A DNA stretch of 63,884 nucleotides, the filler included, from Olpidium bornovanus S191 (taxonomy: Eukaryota; Fungi; Olpidiomycota): the NCBI GenBank assembly GCA_017911155.1. It is 28 parts of 28 records of this genome, joined end to end, with 100 filler letters (N's around TTAATTAATTAA, not from the genome) between each part and the next. Parts side by side here need not be neighbours in the genome. Positions count along the whole stretch, not along the records: positions 1 to 2,735 come from JAEFCI010008911.1; positions 2,836 to 4,899 come from JAEFCI010000618.1; positions 5,000 to 6,385 come from JAEFCI010000172.1; positions 6,486 to 8,956 come from JAEFCI010002996.1; positions 9,057 to 11,379 come from JAEFCI010011530.1; positions 11,480 to 12,651 come from JAEFCI010011161.1; 22 more parts are not named here. One strand, written 5' to 3'. Positions 1 through 12,049 of the stretch are shown here, in pieces. A program made the position numbers and the translations under genes. Numbering within the stretch: the stretch's first letter is position 1; every line of letters starts with the position of its first letter. Under the pieces are notes generated by a model, which was not told the DNA's origin, ran no database searches, and was given only the letters and a program-made list of their open reading frames with translations.

Positions 1-443
1 CATGTTTCCAGCAGTTGGTTTGGGCCTGCTCTGAAAACTCCCGGCGCATTCCGAGTGACCCGATCCAGTGCTCATATCGCATCTCAGGGCATCCTTCCAG
101 CGAGTCACTCGGTCAGGGGAGTGTGAATCCAACTTCCAACGCCATATCTCTCACATTTAACCAACTGGATTTGCGAGAAATCAGAGGAGGTCGCTGCAGC
201 GCCTACAGGCGACCCGGAAAACGGGCCGTTTGCCAGAGTCAGCTGCTGAAACTAAGAGTGGCCTTATTCCTCCTTCCTCCCCTTTACCTTCTCACTCCCT
301 CTTTGCCCCCTTATAGTTGCTAACTATTAATTGCTAATGCTAAATGCTAAATGCTATCCCTCCCCCCACTTCTCCGGGTCACGGGACGTTTATCCGGCTT
401 ATACTTTTCAGGATGAACGGCGGAGGTTGCTCCTCCAAGGGGT

Positions 444-762
444 GTGGTCGGAGCAGGACGTGAGCCGATCGCCGTCTCTGATCCGACGTTGCCACGGACC
501 GCGCGCTCGGGCAGCGTGCCCGGCACGTGGCGGGGTAAACGCTCAGGCTTGGTCCGCAGGAGTCTTTCCAGTGTTGCACCACCGCACTCCGGCGCCTCGT
601 CCTGGGCCTTCCCATTGCCCTTGGACATCACAACCTACGTCCTGCTGAAAGCCCTTACTGTGGAGCCAGCCCTCTTCGCCCCGGACTCTGCGTTCCTCCG
701 CGCTCAGCGCGTAGCCCGCAGCGCCCTGGCCGAGCTGCTGTACATTATCTGGCCCCTACTCT
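444..762 (+). CDS. PEX16: Peroxisomal biogenesis factor PEX16-like internal exon(s); boundaries uncertain
   Basis: Translation TWRGKRSGLVRRSL...LDITTYVLLKALTVE...ALAELLYIIWPLLY resembles the fungal Pex16 pattern WxGxRTG...DxxxYLLxKxLT...AExLYIxRPLIY (recognised from memory). The upstream exon could not be joined in frame. Confidence 0.55.
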
Positions 763-1284
763 ATGTCCGCGTCGGCACCGCGATCGGCGTCGTGATCGGC
801 ATCGCGATTCAGCACGCACGCCAGACGACAAACGTAGGCGACCTTGAAAGCACGTGCCCGCGTGTGGGCCGACGTCCGCACCTCGTGGAGGCCCTCGTCG
901 CGTTCGGGAGGGAGAAATGTTTTTTTTTCTTTTCTTTTTTTTTTTTTTTGTGATGATTTTGTGTGCCGAGAGCGGCGCGGGCGGCGGCGAGCGCGCCCCT
1001 CCCCGCCGGCGCTCTTCCTCCCCCACTCCCCCGGCAGGAAACGCCAACACCCGGCCCGGAGGGCGCTTTCCAAAAGGCACAGAGAGAGAGGGAGAGAGAG
1101 CGGTTGGTCAAAGTTTTGTTGCCTTCTGCTGGCGATTCTGCCGGTTCGCGCGATCCGTCCTGCGGGGCCCGTGCACCGACCGGCCGGGAATTGTCTCTCG
1201 TTTGAAAACGGGGGACCTGCCCGCCGCCGTGCGCCTGGAGATAACCAGGATCTGCAGCATCTCTTTTATCCGGTGCTGCCGGAA

Positions 1285-2634
1285 ATGTCCTCCGGCTCCG
1301 CCACGTCGAACCCTTCCTCCGCCCAGCGTCTCAGGCGCCAACGCGCCGTCGATCTCAGGAAGCGCCTGCTGCTCGGCTCCGCCCCCTCGCCGCCGCCACC
1401 GCCGCCGCCTGCCGGCGCGGGCGCGAGCGCAGGCGCCGGGGGCAGCCGCCTCGGTTCGCCGTCCCATCTCCCGGTCTCACGGATCAACTTCGAGTCGACC
1501 GCGCAGGCCATCTCCTTTCTACTCGACCTCCTGGGTCAGACGGGGCGAGACCGCCCGGCCGATTCACGGCGCGACAACAAGCGGCGCGCCCCTCTTCCAA
1601 CCGCTCTCAAGACGCTGGTGCCCGTCGCGGCGCTCTACGCCCTGGTGAAGCGAGGCACCACGGTGGACCGTGAGATCGTACGCCTGAACGGGGGGCTACT
1701 GCGGTGGGGGCGAGATATAAAGGGTGTTCTAAGGGGTTTTTTTCCAGTACGCGCGCCCCGTCAGCGCGAACTCACGGCGGAGTCTCTTTGCTTGTGTTGA
1801 TGCACGACAGGATTCGCTCGTCCGGGAAGGAAAGCTCCGGCGGTTCCGGTTAGGAGGCGCGCGGTCCGATTCGGAGCATGTCGTCATGCGCAAGGAAGAT
1901 TACCAGGAGCAGGTCCGGCAAGCGAAGGCGCTCTTTGAACGCGAGATGCGCGACCGGGGCGTGAAACAGACGGCGGCGTCGGCGGTGGCGAACGACAGCG
2001 CGGATCACCGGTCATCGAGCTCGAGAGCTGCCGCGGCGCAAGTCCCGTCGTTGGACGTCGACGAACGGCCGGTTGAGAGGGTGAGGTCGGAGATGTTCGG
2101 TATGGGCGAACAAGCTTGGCCAGCCGACCCTGCTTGCCGCTGGGGTGGTAGACGTTTTGACCGAAACAGTCGCGTACGGCGAAGAGCGAGGCTCTCTCTC
2201 ACAGCCGAAATCTCTCGCGGAATAGATGTTTTCCATGACGTCATCTCGTCGGGGAAACACACGGACGTCTCCGTAACGCAGGCTGTCTTGACTGAGGAGT
2301 ACGGCCTGCGTGAGGAGGAGATCACGTAAGGGCAACGCCTGACATCACCGCACCGTCGTCGTAGCCGAACGCGCCCTCTTTGTTTTCCGTTTCTGCATGT
2401 CGTTTCATCCCGCCGCAAAACGGTGGCGAACACCCCGCTGACAGCCTCGAAACGTTTAACCTACATTTCGGTAGGCAGCTCATTAAATACGGCCTGTTGA
2501 CGACCGAGCCAACAGAAAACGTTCTCAAGTTCTCCGCGCGCGGTGCGGGTGCGTTCGTTACTAACCTGACAAGGGGCCGGACAGACTTGTGCCGGTTCCT
2601 CAAGAGAGCGAAGTACATGGAGATGCTAGAATCG
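1285..2634 (+). CDS. STK19: STK19-family winged-helix DNA-binding protein, at least 4 exons (1285-1677, 1811-2099, 2205-2325, 2475-~2634), 3' partial
   Basis: GT-AG introns join in frame to give LVPVAALYALVKRGTTVDREI|DSLVREGKLRRFRLG...VVMRKEDY and GLREEEIT|QLIKYGLLT...GAGAFVTNLTRGRTDLCRFLKRAKYMEML. This matches human STK19 (QVYSLVPDRTVADRQL; ITHLVNAGVLT...GAGRFIKYFVKGRQAVLSMVRKAKYREL). Confidence 0.85.
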
Positions 2635-2734
2635 GTAATAAAAAGAAAGAAATTCCGTTTTTTTCCTGGCGGCGGCTGACCTAGAGACTGGAAAGGGGGG
2701 GGAGGGGCGCCCACTTCGGCGTCGCTCCTGAAAA

Positions 2735-2835
2735 ANNNNNNNNNNNNNNNNNNNNNNNNNNNNNNNNNNNNNNNNNNNNTTAATTAATTAANNNNNNNNN
2801 NNNNNNNNNNNNNNNNNNNNNNNNNNNNNNNNNNN
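2735..2835. other. Artificial contig-joining spacer (N-run, TTAATTAATTAA, N-run); first of 27 in the window
   Basis: The same ~100-nt spacer recurs 27 times; TTAATTAATTAA gives stops in all six frames; the sequence on either side is unrelated. Confidence 0.98.
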
Positions 2836-3570
2836 CATGAATGCACGAGTGGATGAGAAACGAGTCCGCACTGATGTACTGCAGCAAGGTTGGAACATTT
2901 TATTACTCTTCCTCTTCAGGTCTGCGCGGGTTGCTACAGGTAAGGTGACGAGGGCTGACAAACACAGTCGAGATCAAAGCTGGGTTCGCAGTCGAGGTCA
3001 ATTGGACTTTAATCTAGAAGTCGAGCTACGGAGCGGGAAGGGCGCTATTTATGCCTGGCGAGGTCGCGCAGAGGGGCGGAATGACGACACAGTCGTTCCC
3101 CCACCTCGCGTCCGCAGACGCGGTTGCGACCGCGGTTCCTTTCCCTCGCGGTCGTGGTCACCACGCGGGGCTCCGTACTCGCGCGCAGTTGCGCGCGGGT
3201 GCAGTATCTTTTCCCCAGGGGGGGAGGGGGTTGACGGGGGTTTCCGCGTGTGGCGCTATTGTGGAAAGGGGGGGGGGGCTCTCCTATTGGCAGGCTCCGA
3301 GGGGGGCTATTCTATTAGTCAGGCCCCGAGTTTCGGGGGGGGGCCCGTCTTGTCCCCGCCTCCGCCTCCCGCCCGCCGCCGCCTTCCGTGGCTTCCTCCT
3401 TGACGTAAGCCGACGGTCGGGCTTGGGCCGTGCCACAGCACAACTGAGGTTCCGGCCGAACCTTCCAAGCAAGTGCGTCCGGGGCACGTCGAGATGGGGG
3501 GTAATCCGAGTACGGCACACTGCATGCCAGCGAAGCGTCAGACTGGACCACCAAGGGCAACGTGCTAGTT

Positions 3571-3763
3571 TGTTGACCGTGACCCAGCTACGTAAGGGAA
3601 AACCGGCGAGTTAGATGAGCCAGCGCAGCAGCGGGCCCCGGCTGCATGTGGGCCGCCTAAAGGGTGTTTTTCGGTTCGGTGTTTTCTTCGTGGTTTTCTG
3701 TTTTTTGTGTTTTACAGGCATTCTGTTTTTTCTCTACGCACTCGCACGGGTTTCTCCACAACA
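3571..3763 (-). repeat. Putative 193-bp 3' LTR with TGTTG...CAACA termini, preceded by a polypurine tract (GAGAGGGGG, 3764-3772)
   Basis: On the minus strand the PPT abuts TGTTG at 3763; the inverted CAACA end corresponds to plus-strand tgttg at 3571. Confidence 0.65.
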
Positions 3764-4899
3764 CCCCCTCTCGAGTGCGTAGAAGGTTAACTTTTTAGGG
3801 AATGAATGTCAGGCGGTCAGAAACATGGGGTTCGAAGGAGAAAAAGGAAAAAAGGGGTCGCAATTGGTGGCTTTGGATCCTGACATGTCGTCTCCCCGTC
3901 GGCTCGTCGGTGCCCTTCGCAGTTCTCGCCGAACTTCTTTAGTTTACTCGCGCTGCGACGGCAAGTCACGATGCGCAGGTTTTCGCGGTGTCGGATGAAG
4001 TCAGGTGCTCGTAGGCCCTTCGTGAAAAAATCTGCGACGTTGTCGGCTGATGTGACGGGTATTGGCACGACTTTCTTCTCGTTGACGTATTCGCCGACGT
4101 GGAGATGGCGGATCTCAATGTGCTTTGAACGTTTTCCGATTCGTCAATTGTCCTTCGTGATTTGGATCGCTCCATGGTTGTCGACGTGGAGCGGGGTCGG
4201 GCGCGAGTCTCCGGTGACGTCCGTGTAAATTTGCCGGAACCATGTGATTTCCTTGCAGGTTTCGGACGCAGCCATCACCTCCGCCTCTGTGCTGGAGTGT
4301 TCGAGGACGGTTTGCCTTCCGCTGTGCCATAAGATTGGCGCCGACGTGCCACACCACAGGACATAACCAGTGATTGACTTCCGGTCGAATGCGCACGCCC
4401 AGTCGGAATCCGAATATGCATTGAGGCATGTGTCTGGACTGGTCGTGTAGTGGAGTCCGTGGGTGATGGTGCCGCGCAGGTATCTTAGGATGCGTTTCCG
4501 CGCGGCCCATGTGCTTTCACGGGATTTGCAGTGAAGTGTGACAGAAAACTGATTGCTGTCGAAATGTCTGGTCTCGTGTGCGTCACCAGGTACATCAATG
4601 AGCCGAGGAGCACGGCGTATCGCCCCTTCTTTTTCGTGGGTGCCATGTCTTCTCGCGGTCCGAGTGATGCCACGGCACTGACATCCAGTGGAGTCCCTTC
4701 CGGATGGCACTGTTGGTGTCTGTACATTTCTAGGAGTTGTCCGACATAGTGACTCTGGTTGATGTAAACGCCGTCGTTCAACATGTGGACTTGTATCCCG
4801 GGGATGTACGAGAGGGCACCGGACGGCGTCAGGGGAAACTCCGCATTCAGGTCTTGTTCGATTTGTAAAAGGGCAGAGGGGTCTGGCCCCGTGAGAATA
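3571..4899 (-). mobile_element. Degenerate Ty1/copia LTR retrotransposon 3' end (RT C-terminus, RNase H, PPT, 3' LTR)
   Basis: Motifs GSLMYLVTHTRPDI, KRILRYLRGT, AYSDSDWA...RKSITGY, SSTEAE, VDNHGAI, RSKHIEIRHL and NVADFFTKGL are present. There is a frameshift near 4510 and an in-frame TGA at 4144-4146. Confidence 0.95.
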
Positions 4900-5791
4900 N
4901 NNNNNNNNNNNNNNNNNNNNNNNNNNNNNNNNNNNNNNNNNNNTTAATTAATTAANNNNNNNNNNNNNNNNNNNNNNNNNNNNNNNNNNNNNNNNNNNNG
5001 CTTTCCCGTTTGAAAAAAATACGTCTTCAAAATGATTCACGAGGCCACGCATAAGAAACGTCCCCCACGAAAAGGCCACGTTTGTCGACGTTATCCGGAC
5101 GGCAGGGTGGAAACGCCATGCCTTCAGGTTAACTAACTTTCGCCTGCAGATTTGCTCGATAGCCTGACCTTGGGGCGTAATATGTTCCGCGGGGAAGTGA
5201 CGCGTAGCGGATCGGGACGTCCCTTTTGGAATGGGTCCTGGCACCGCAACTGGATAAAGCGGCGAAGACGCCGGGGGGATTTCTTTGGCCGAACGCCAGC
5301 ATGCCACTAGCGCTGGCCGCCGTCGAATTCCTTGGCCTGAAGGGAGTGCCGCGCGGGCTTATATAGCGGCTATGAAGGGCTGAAAACGCACATCGACGTA
5401 TATGACACAGGGAATATGATTTCCGATGAGGGCTCCGAAGAAGCGGCGGTGACGAAACGTCGCAGGAGGAGGCGGTGATCGGGAGGGCGTTTTGCCGGGC
5501 GTTTACCGCATCGGGGAGATCGTTGCCGGACAGGGGGCGACCGGTGTCCTATTTGTTGTAGCGGGGGTGGGAAAAGGGGTATTTTAAGCGCGGGTGCCCC
5601 TGCCAGGACTGCCCATTTGCGGCACCGCTTTCCTTGTCGCCGCCGCTCTTCGCCAGTGCCAAAAGCCGACCAGCCTCGGACATACCCCGTGGCGGGTTGT
5701 CGGCACGCTCGAAGGTTGACTCCTCCTATTCAAAGCGGCCGAACCACCTTCCGCCCACCCTTTTTTTGCCGCCAATCCCTGGCCGTAGGCC

Positions 5792-6169
5792 TTAGCTGGC
5801 AGTACCGGCGCCCTCCGCCTCGCGATTACCCCTTGCCGCGCGGGGATTGTTTCGCATGAGGTACTAGTGAATTCGAGGTCAATTCGGAGTGAGGTTCCGT
5901 GAGACACGCTGCCACTCTCGCTCGTTCTGAGCCCCCTCTCCGTTCTCGGCCACCCGTCGAGCGGGGTTCTACCCTTCCTCATTCCCCTCCCCCGTCCTTT
6001 CCCTCACCTGCGCAAGCCAGTTGATTGGGTCGAGCCCTTCCTCATCCAGGTACCCCCCTTCCTTCCGCTTGACGGTCTTGAGAAGCATCTCGATCCCCGG
6101 CAGTAGCACGGGGAACAAGCGCTCCTCCAAATACCGCGTCGGAGAGTCCTCGCCGCCGGGCGCTGCCAT
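5792..6169 (-). CDS. Small DPY-30/RIIa-type dimerization-docking domain protein (EFCAB5/IQCK-like); exons 6169-6008 and 5863-5792
   Basis: Spliced product MAAPGGEDSPTRYLEERLFPVLLPGIEMLLKTVKRKEGGYLDEEGLDPINWLAQ|YLMRNNPRAARG. The GTGAG...CTAG intron restores the family motif DPINxLAQYLMRNNP. Confidence 0.75.
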
Positions 6170-6267
6170 CGCGGCTGACGGGCGGAACTGAAGGGCGGAG
6201 GATACAGAGAGGGCGGGCAAGGACTCCGCCGCCTGAGGATGGTAGGCGGGAAAGGTACGAACCTTTT

Positions 6268-6316
<49 letters not shown>

Positions 6317-6786
6317 CCCCCCCTTCTCTTATTTGTTTCGCGGTGTTTTTTCTCGGGCGCGCGCACAAAACCACGCGCCGGCACANNNNNNNNNNNNNNN
6401 NNNNNNNNNNNNNNNNNNNNNNNNNNNNNTTAATTAATTAANNNNNNNNNNNNNNNNNNNNNNNNNNNNNNNNNNNNNNNNNNNNCATGACGACGGGGAT
6501 GATGATTGGATTAGCGAGACAGGCGACGGAACGCCGAATGAACGCCGAATGGCAGGGTTGCACTCTCCCCCGAACTTTCCCACGTGGCAGGAGGGCGTGG
6601 AAGGAAGGAAGCAGGAGGGGGTGCCTCAGCGGCGTGCGGCGCGGCGGCGGCGTGGGCAAAAAAGCGTTCGCTTTTCCCGGTTTTTGCTTCCGGGACGCGT
6701 TGGAACGAGGCCGATCCTCCTCCCTCCTGCGGCAGGCAGGCTTGCCAGGCAATTTTTCTATTGCGCCCACCAGACGGGGAGGCCCC

Positions 6787-6835
<49 letters not shown>

Positions 6836-7198
6836 GGGGCCCCCCCCCCCCCCCCCTTCCCCCCCCCCCTTCCCCCCTTGCATCCCGCCGCGGCCCCGAG
6901 GAGCGCCCGCCACGCCTGCCTGTTCCTGCCCTGCCTGCCGCGGAGGCTTCGACCGCGGGTCTCCTCTCGGCCGGTGCGTCCTGGCGTGTTTGCCCAGAGG
7001 GCGGGCCCGCAGCCGGTCGCGGGGAGGGGAATGGGGGCGGGGTTGGGGCGGGGCGGGAGGGAGGGCGTGCCGGATCAGGGTTCCTGTCCCCTGGCCTGGA
7101 AAAAAAGAAGAAGAAAAAATAAAAAAAAAATAAAGGAAAAAAACGAAAAAAAAAACCCCCCGGCGACTCACAGCGGAAAGCGAAATAAGCCGCAAGTA

Positions 7199-8890
7199 AT
7201 GTCCCGAGGCCAGCGCGGAAGCGCGGGAAGGAAACGGGGCGAGCGTGCCGCGGCCGGCGAGCGGATGAGTGCGCGCGGCGGGGCCCGGAAGACCCGCGGG
7301 CTCGCCCGCTGTGACCCTACCGACGTATACTCCGCCACGGTCGGCCAGGGCGACGGCAGGGCCGTCGGCCGCGACAAAAGGGTCAGCCGCGACATGAAGA
7401 GGGCCGTCGAGGCCGAGGGCGGCTGCCTTAGCTTGGAACGCATGGCTTCCAGGGTCGACGCCGAGGACGATGAAGAGGTCGAGTCGGACGACGCCTTCGA
7501 CGCCGAAGACGAGGAAAAGTTTTCGCAGTTCGCCTTTGCCGGTTCAAAGGCTTCGCTGGAAAAGGCTGGCGGGTCCCGGAAGCCGACGCGACGGCCGAGC
7601 GGCTCCGGCGGCGAAGAAGACGACGAAGCTGAGGAGCGCCATCCGTCCGACGACGAAGAAACGTCCGGAGAAGCCGAACCGGAAGCAGAGGAGGGCATGG
7701 TCGATTTGTCAGAAATTCTCGCGGGCGACCCTGACGAGTGCCTGCCCGGCCGTCCGCCTGCCTCGAGGGCGGAGGCCGGCCTGCTGAATCCCGTGGAAGA
7801 CGAGCAGTCCGACGGGCCGTTCGACGACGGCGTGCCGAGCGAGCTGTCGTCCGCGGAGGAATCCGAAGACGAACACGGGCTGGAAGCCGTCGACCGTCTC
7901 GACCGCTTTGTCGAATCATTGGCTGCGAAGGAGGACGAGACCGGGGAGCCGGCCCGCAAACGCCGGTTGGCGCAGCGGAGCGAAGCCTACGAGGAGTCCG
8001 AGTTCAGCCTGCCCGCCGTCGCCGACGGAGGTGGGTTATTACGTGTCGCGAACGTCTCGTGTGCCGTGGACGGCGACACCGCGCGCGCTCATAAAATCCC
8101 TCGGCGTCGCCAGATCCTTCTTCTGCGCGGAGCAAGTTGGAGCTCGGTGATCTTCTAGCGGCCGTCGGAGACGAGACGGCGTTCACCGGGCTCAAGAAGC
8201 AGATGCAGGTTATAAAAACGAAATCTAGCGCGAAGACGCTCGACGCCCCGCTTCCCAAGCGCTTGCAAGACAAGGTCAACCGGGCAGCAGCGTTCGCGGA
8301 GGCAAAGGAAGAGGTCTCGAAGTGGCAGGATATCGTCAAACGAAATCGAGAGGTTTGTTCCTTTTGCGGCGGAAACGCCTCTGCTTTGTCGGCGCTCGAT
8401 GGCGCTTTGAGAGCCTCAGGCTAAAATCTCGTTGGTTTTTTTTTTTCCCGCCAGGCCGACCATCTCTCGTTTCCAATGAACCGGCCGTCGCTCGAGACCC
8501 CGTCGATCGCTAAATTGGGCCAAGCGGCGGTGAGCAATTAAGCGCGCTCCACAGGAACAGAAGTTCCTGTACGAGGCAGCCGCTGACGCAATCTTTTTTT
8601 CGCAGCTGGCGAATTTTATGGAACGGGAGGTCAACAAGGTCCTCGTACAAAGCGGTATTCAGGAGAAAGATATTCAACGATTTGAGGAGCTGGAATTGAA
8701 CAAGATGTCTGCAAAGGAGGTGGGGCATGGTCTATCGTTGCTTCGTTCTCACCATCTTTTTGTGACTAACCGGCGTGATTTCATTTCGTACAAAGGTGGA
8801 GGCCAGGCGGCAGGAACTACGGCTTATGCGAGAACTCATGTTCCGCGAAGAAATCAAAGCCAAACGGGTATCGAAGATCAAGAGCAAGGC
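7199..8890 (+). CDS. UTP14: U3 snoRNA-associated protein 14 (SSU processome), 5' portion, multi-exon, 3' partial
   Basis: An acidic N-terminus is followed by TLDAPLPKRLQDKVNRAAAFAEAKEEVSKWQDIVKRNRE|ADHLSFP and FEELELNKMSAKE|VEARRQELRLMRELMFREEIKAKRVSKIKSK; the GT-AG introns join in frame. Confidence 0.93.
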
Positions 8891-9607
8891 GTAGGTGCCA
8901 GCTTCTTATCCCATTGATCCGCCGTTTCGCGCTCATTGTTCACACTGTCTGGACCGNNNNNNNNNNNNNNNNNNNNNNNNNNNNNNNNNNNNNNNNNNNN
9001 TTAATTAATTAANNNNNNNNNNNNNNNNNNNNNNNNNNNNNNNNNNNNNNNNNNNNCATCTCAATCCCAAATCTCAACATGACCGTGGACGGTACTTGTC
9101 AACTGGATCGCATGGCGTTCTGGGATAACGCCATGGTGAGGCTCAGGCTGCACCGCCGCAGCCCACCGGGCGTCTCCTGCTTAATGACGAGTTTGAGGAC
9201 GGTGCGAGTCTGAGCTTTTTTGGTCGACTGGGTTGGCGGGAACAACAGGGAAGTACGGCCCCGCTCGGTTAGCCCGCGAGTTCCCTGTACCTGCGGCCCG
9301 GTCCCCCCAGATCCTCTCCGTCCGTCCGTCTCCCTTTCCTAGGGGACGGGAGCACGCCGGCAATGTGGAACGGGAGGGCAAGGCGGTGCTGCGGTGCGGT
9401 GTGCCGGTGCCGACCGGAGTTGACGCTCGGGAACCACTCCGACCACCATCCCGGAGTACCGCACCCCACTGCCCTTCCCCGCCGGTCGCCGGCCCTCCCG
9501 TCAGTAGCCAGCTGTACCTCCGCGCGCTTCCGCTTCGCCCGCATCGCTCCGCATGCCGCCCACCGCTCGCCCGCCCCCTTCCGCGTCCCGGCGGATATCC
9601 CGCAAAT

Positions 9608-11379
9608 GGCATGCATTAGGTACCGGACACGACGACGACCGGATCACGTCCCTGGCAATGCGACAGCGCCCCTCGAAAGAGGCGGACCGGCGCCGGCAGA
9701 AAAGCGTCCGTTGCCCACCAAGAACTTTTTCAAAAAGCTGGTAGACAAGGTGAAGATGTTCTTTGGGCGGTGTACACGACAGTCGGCCAGTGCAGTTCGC
9801 CCAGAAACCCCTCCCGAAGCAGCGGCGGGCGAAAAGCCAGCCAGAATGAGTCAAAGGCGGTCGTACGCTGATCAGTCGATGAATAGGCGGGGAACGCTCA
9901 CGTTTATCGAGGACTTGAACGTGCCTTCTAACGTGATGCACCACTCCCAAGGCGTTGGCGGAAACCAATTCGCACCAGCTGTATCCCCCGTCTCCGCGCG
10001 GTGAGCGTCGGTATCGACCTTCTCGGCAAAATGGGGTCTTGGCGGAGGTTGGTTCGCCGCGGAGGGTTACTTAACGCACGCCGTCGTGATATCAATGAAA
10101 GTCACACAGCAGAAACGAGTGGGGTGAGCGCCGTGTACGGAGCGGCACCCTTGTCGGTAAATCGGCCGAATGCCCAGCACGCTTCCACACAAGGAACTTT
10201 CATTCGCCAGTACGCTTCGGGTTTATTGCCGCTAGATCCGGCTCCCCGAAACCCGTTCGCCGCCGACCCGCATTTCGATTTTTTGCGGGCGCCGACTCCA
10301 CCAGACGACGTGAAGCGTTTAAGTAAAATCGCGGAGTACGAGCTTTTGGCGGTAGGTGGCGTTTCCGTGTCGAATTCATCATGGACTGGTTCCCGGAGGC
10401 CTGATCCATGCCTTTCGTGTTTTGCCTATGTGCAGACGTCCGATCTCAACTTCGATGGGATTATCGAAATCACGAAGGCGGCATTTCAGGTGTAGTACTA
10501 TAATTTCGATGTGCTCGATCGCCGCCAATCTGTTTGTCTCACTACACGCAGATGCATGCGTTAATTCGGTCAGACAGAGTCGTGCGTCATTTCCATCATA
10601 CTTTCCAAGGAATGGTTTCAGTCGTAAGTGTCCGCCATGTGCGGTTCGGTCATTAGCCCTGCCCTGTGCGCAAATTTTTCCTAATTACCCCTTGGCAAAG
10701 GTATTCGGGCGTCGAAAAGAGCCTGGTCAATAGAGAACTGGCCTTTTGTGGACACACGATCTTAATGTAAGAGACACGGAGGTTTTCGAGTTTTGGACGA
10801 ACAAAACTTGCTTTTTCCCACCTGACTCACGTGTTCGAAACCTTGTTCAGGAAGGACGCCGACTGCTTCGTGGTGTGCGATGCACGTACTGGTACATCGG
10901 CACCCTGAATATTCTGTTCGCCGTTTACAACAACAATTCCTGACATTCTGCTTCTTGGAATTGGCTGCAGACTGGCGTTTCGCAAAGCACCCACTTGTAA
11001 TTGGTCCTCCATACGTGCGCTTTTACGCCGGGTGTCCTTTACAGACGAACGACGGTTATGACGTCGGAGTCTTTTCCGTGTCCGACTCGAAGCCTAGGGA
11101 ATTTTCGGAGGCTGACCGGCGAGTTTTGGCCGACCTCGCAAGCATGGGGATGAGAGAACTCGGACTCACCAAGCAGAACAACATTGCCATGAAGCTCCAG
11201 AGGAACCAAGAGGCGATAGCCAAGTTTTTTCAGCAGGCGATCTGTCGTGAGAGCGTCAAGAGCATTTATGACGACGCGGTTTTGCAGATCGCGAGGACCT
11301 TGGGAATGGAGATCGCGTTTATCGTCGAGGTTCCAGACCTCAACAGCCCGAGGCGTTGCATTCTTCTTGGGTCGGCGGG
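9608..11379 (+). CDS. GAF-domain sensory protein with a second GAF-like domain beginning before the contig end; start uncertain, 3' partial
   Basis: Exons encode APTPPDDVKRLSKIAEYELL, TSDLNFDGIIEITKAAF, VISIILSKEWFQS, LAFCGHTIL, CFVVCDA, DWRFAKHPLVIGPPYVRFYAGCPLQTNDGYDVGVFSVSDSKPREF (a canonical GAF), then IYDDAVLQIARTLGMEIAFIVEV. Confidence 0.85.
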
Positions 11380-11479
11380 NNNNNNNNNNNNNNNNNNNNN
11401 NNNNNNNNNNNNNNNNNNNNNNNTTAATTAATTAANNNNNNNNNNNNNNNNNNNNNNNNNNNNNNNNNNNNNNNNNNNN

Positions 11480-11547
<68 letters not shown>

Positions 11548-12049
11548 GCCTCCCCGATGCGGTTTCTTTTCTCTTGTTTCCTTTAAATCTCCTCATCATC
11601 CATGGTCCTAAAAACTTTGTCGGCCTCCCCTTCCGCGGGAGCTGGCAGGGGAGTGAGACGGAAGGAGCCGGGGCCGGGCGATGCGGGGGGGGGGGGGGGG
11701 GGGAACGGGAGCTTACAATATTTTTTTCCTTTTCGTTTTCGGCGCGGCTCGACGGCACGCGGGCGTGGGGGAGGGGGCGGGGGAAAGACGGGGAAGGGGG
11801 GGGGGACTGGAGGGGTCGCATCATCTCCCCTAATCCTTCCAACTTTTCCGCGTTTTTTCGTTTTCTCGCGCTCTCGGTTTCCGCGGGTGCCCGCGAGCGA
11901 GAAAGACGGAGAAAAAGAGAAAGTGAACGAGAGAGAGAGAGAGAGAGAGCGAGAAAAAAAAAAAAAACTCCTCGCTCGGGATCCACGGAGAAACAAATAT
12001 AATTACGGAGGATGCGTTTCGGCGCAAGAAGATGAGAAGAGAGCTGCTG

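Noticed and set aside
2780-2791. TTAATTAATTAA as a biological motif
   Set aside because: It is always embedded in N-runs at identical spacing; it is an artificial six-frame stop linker.
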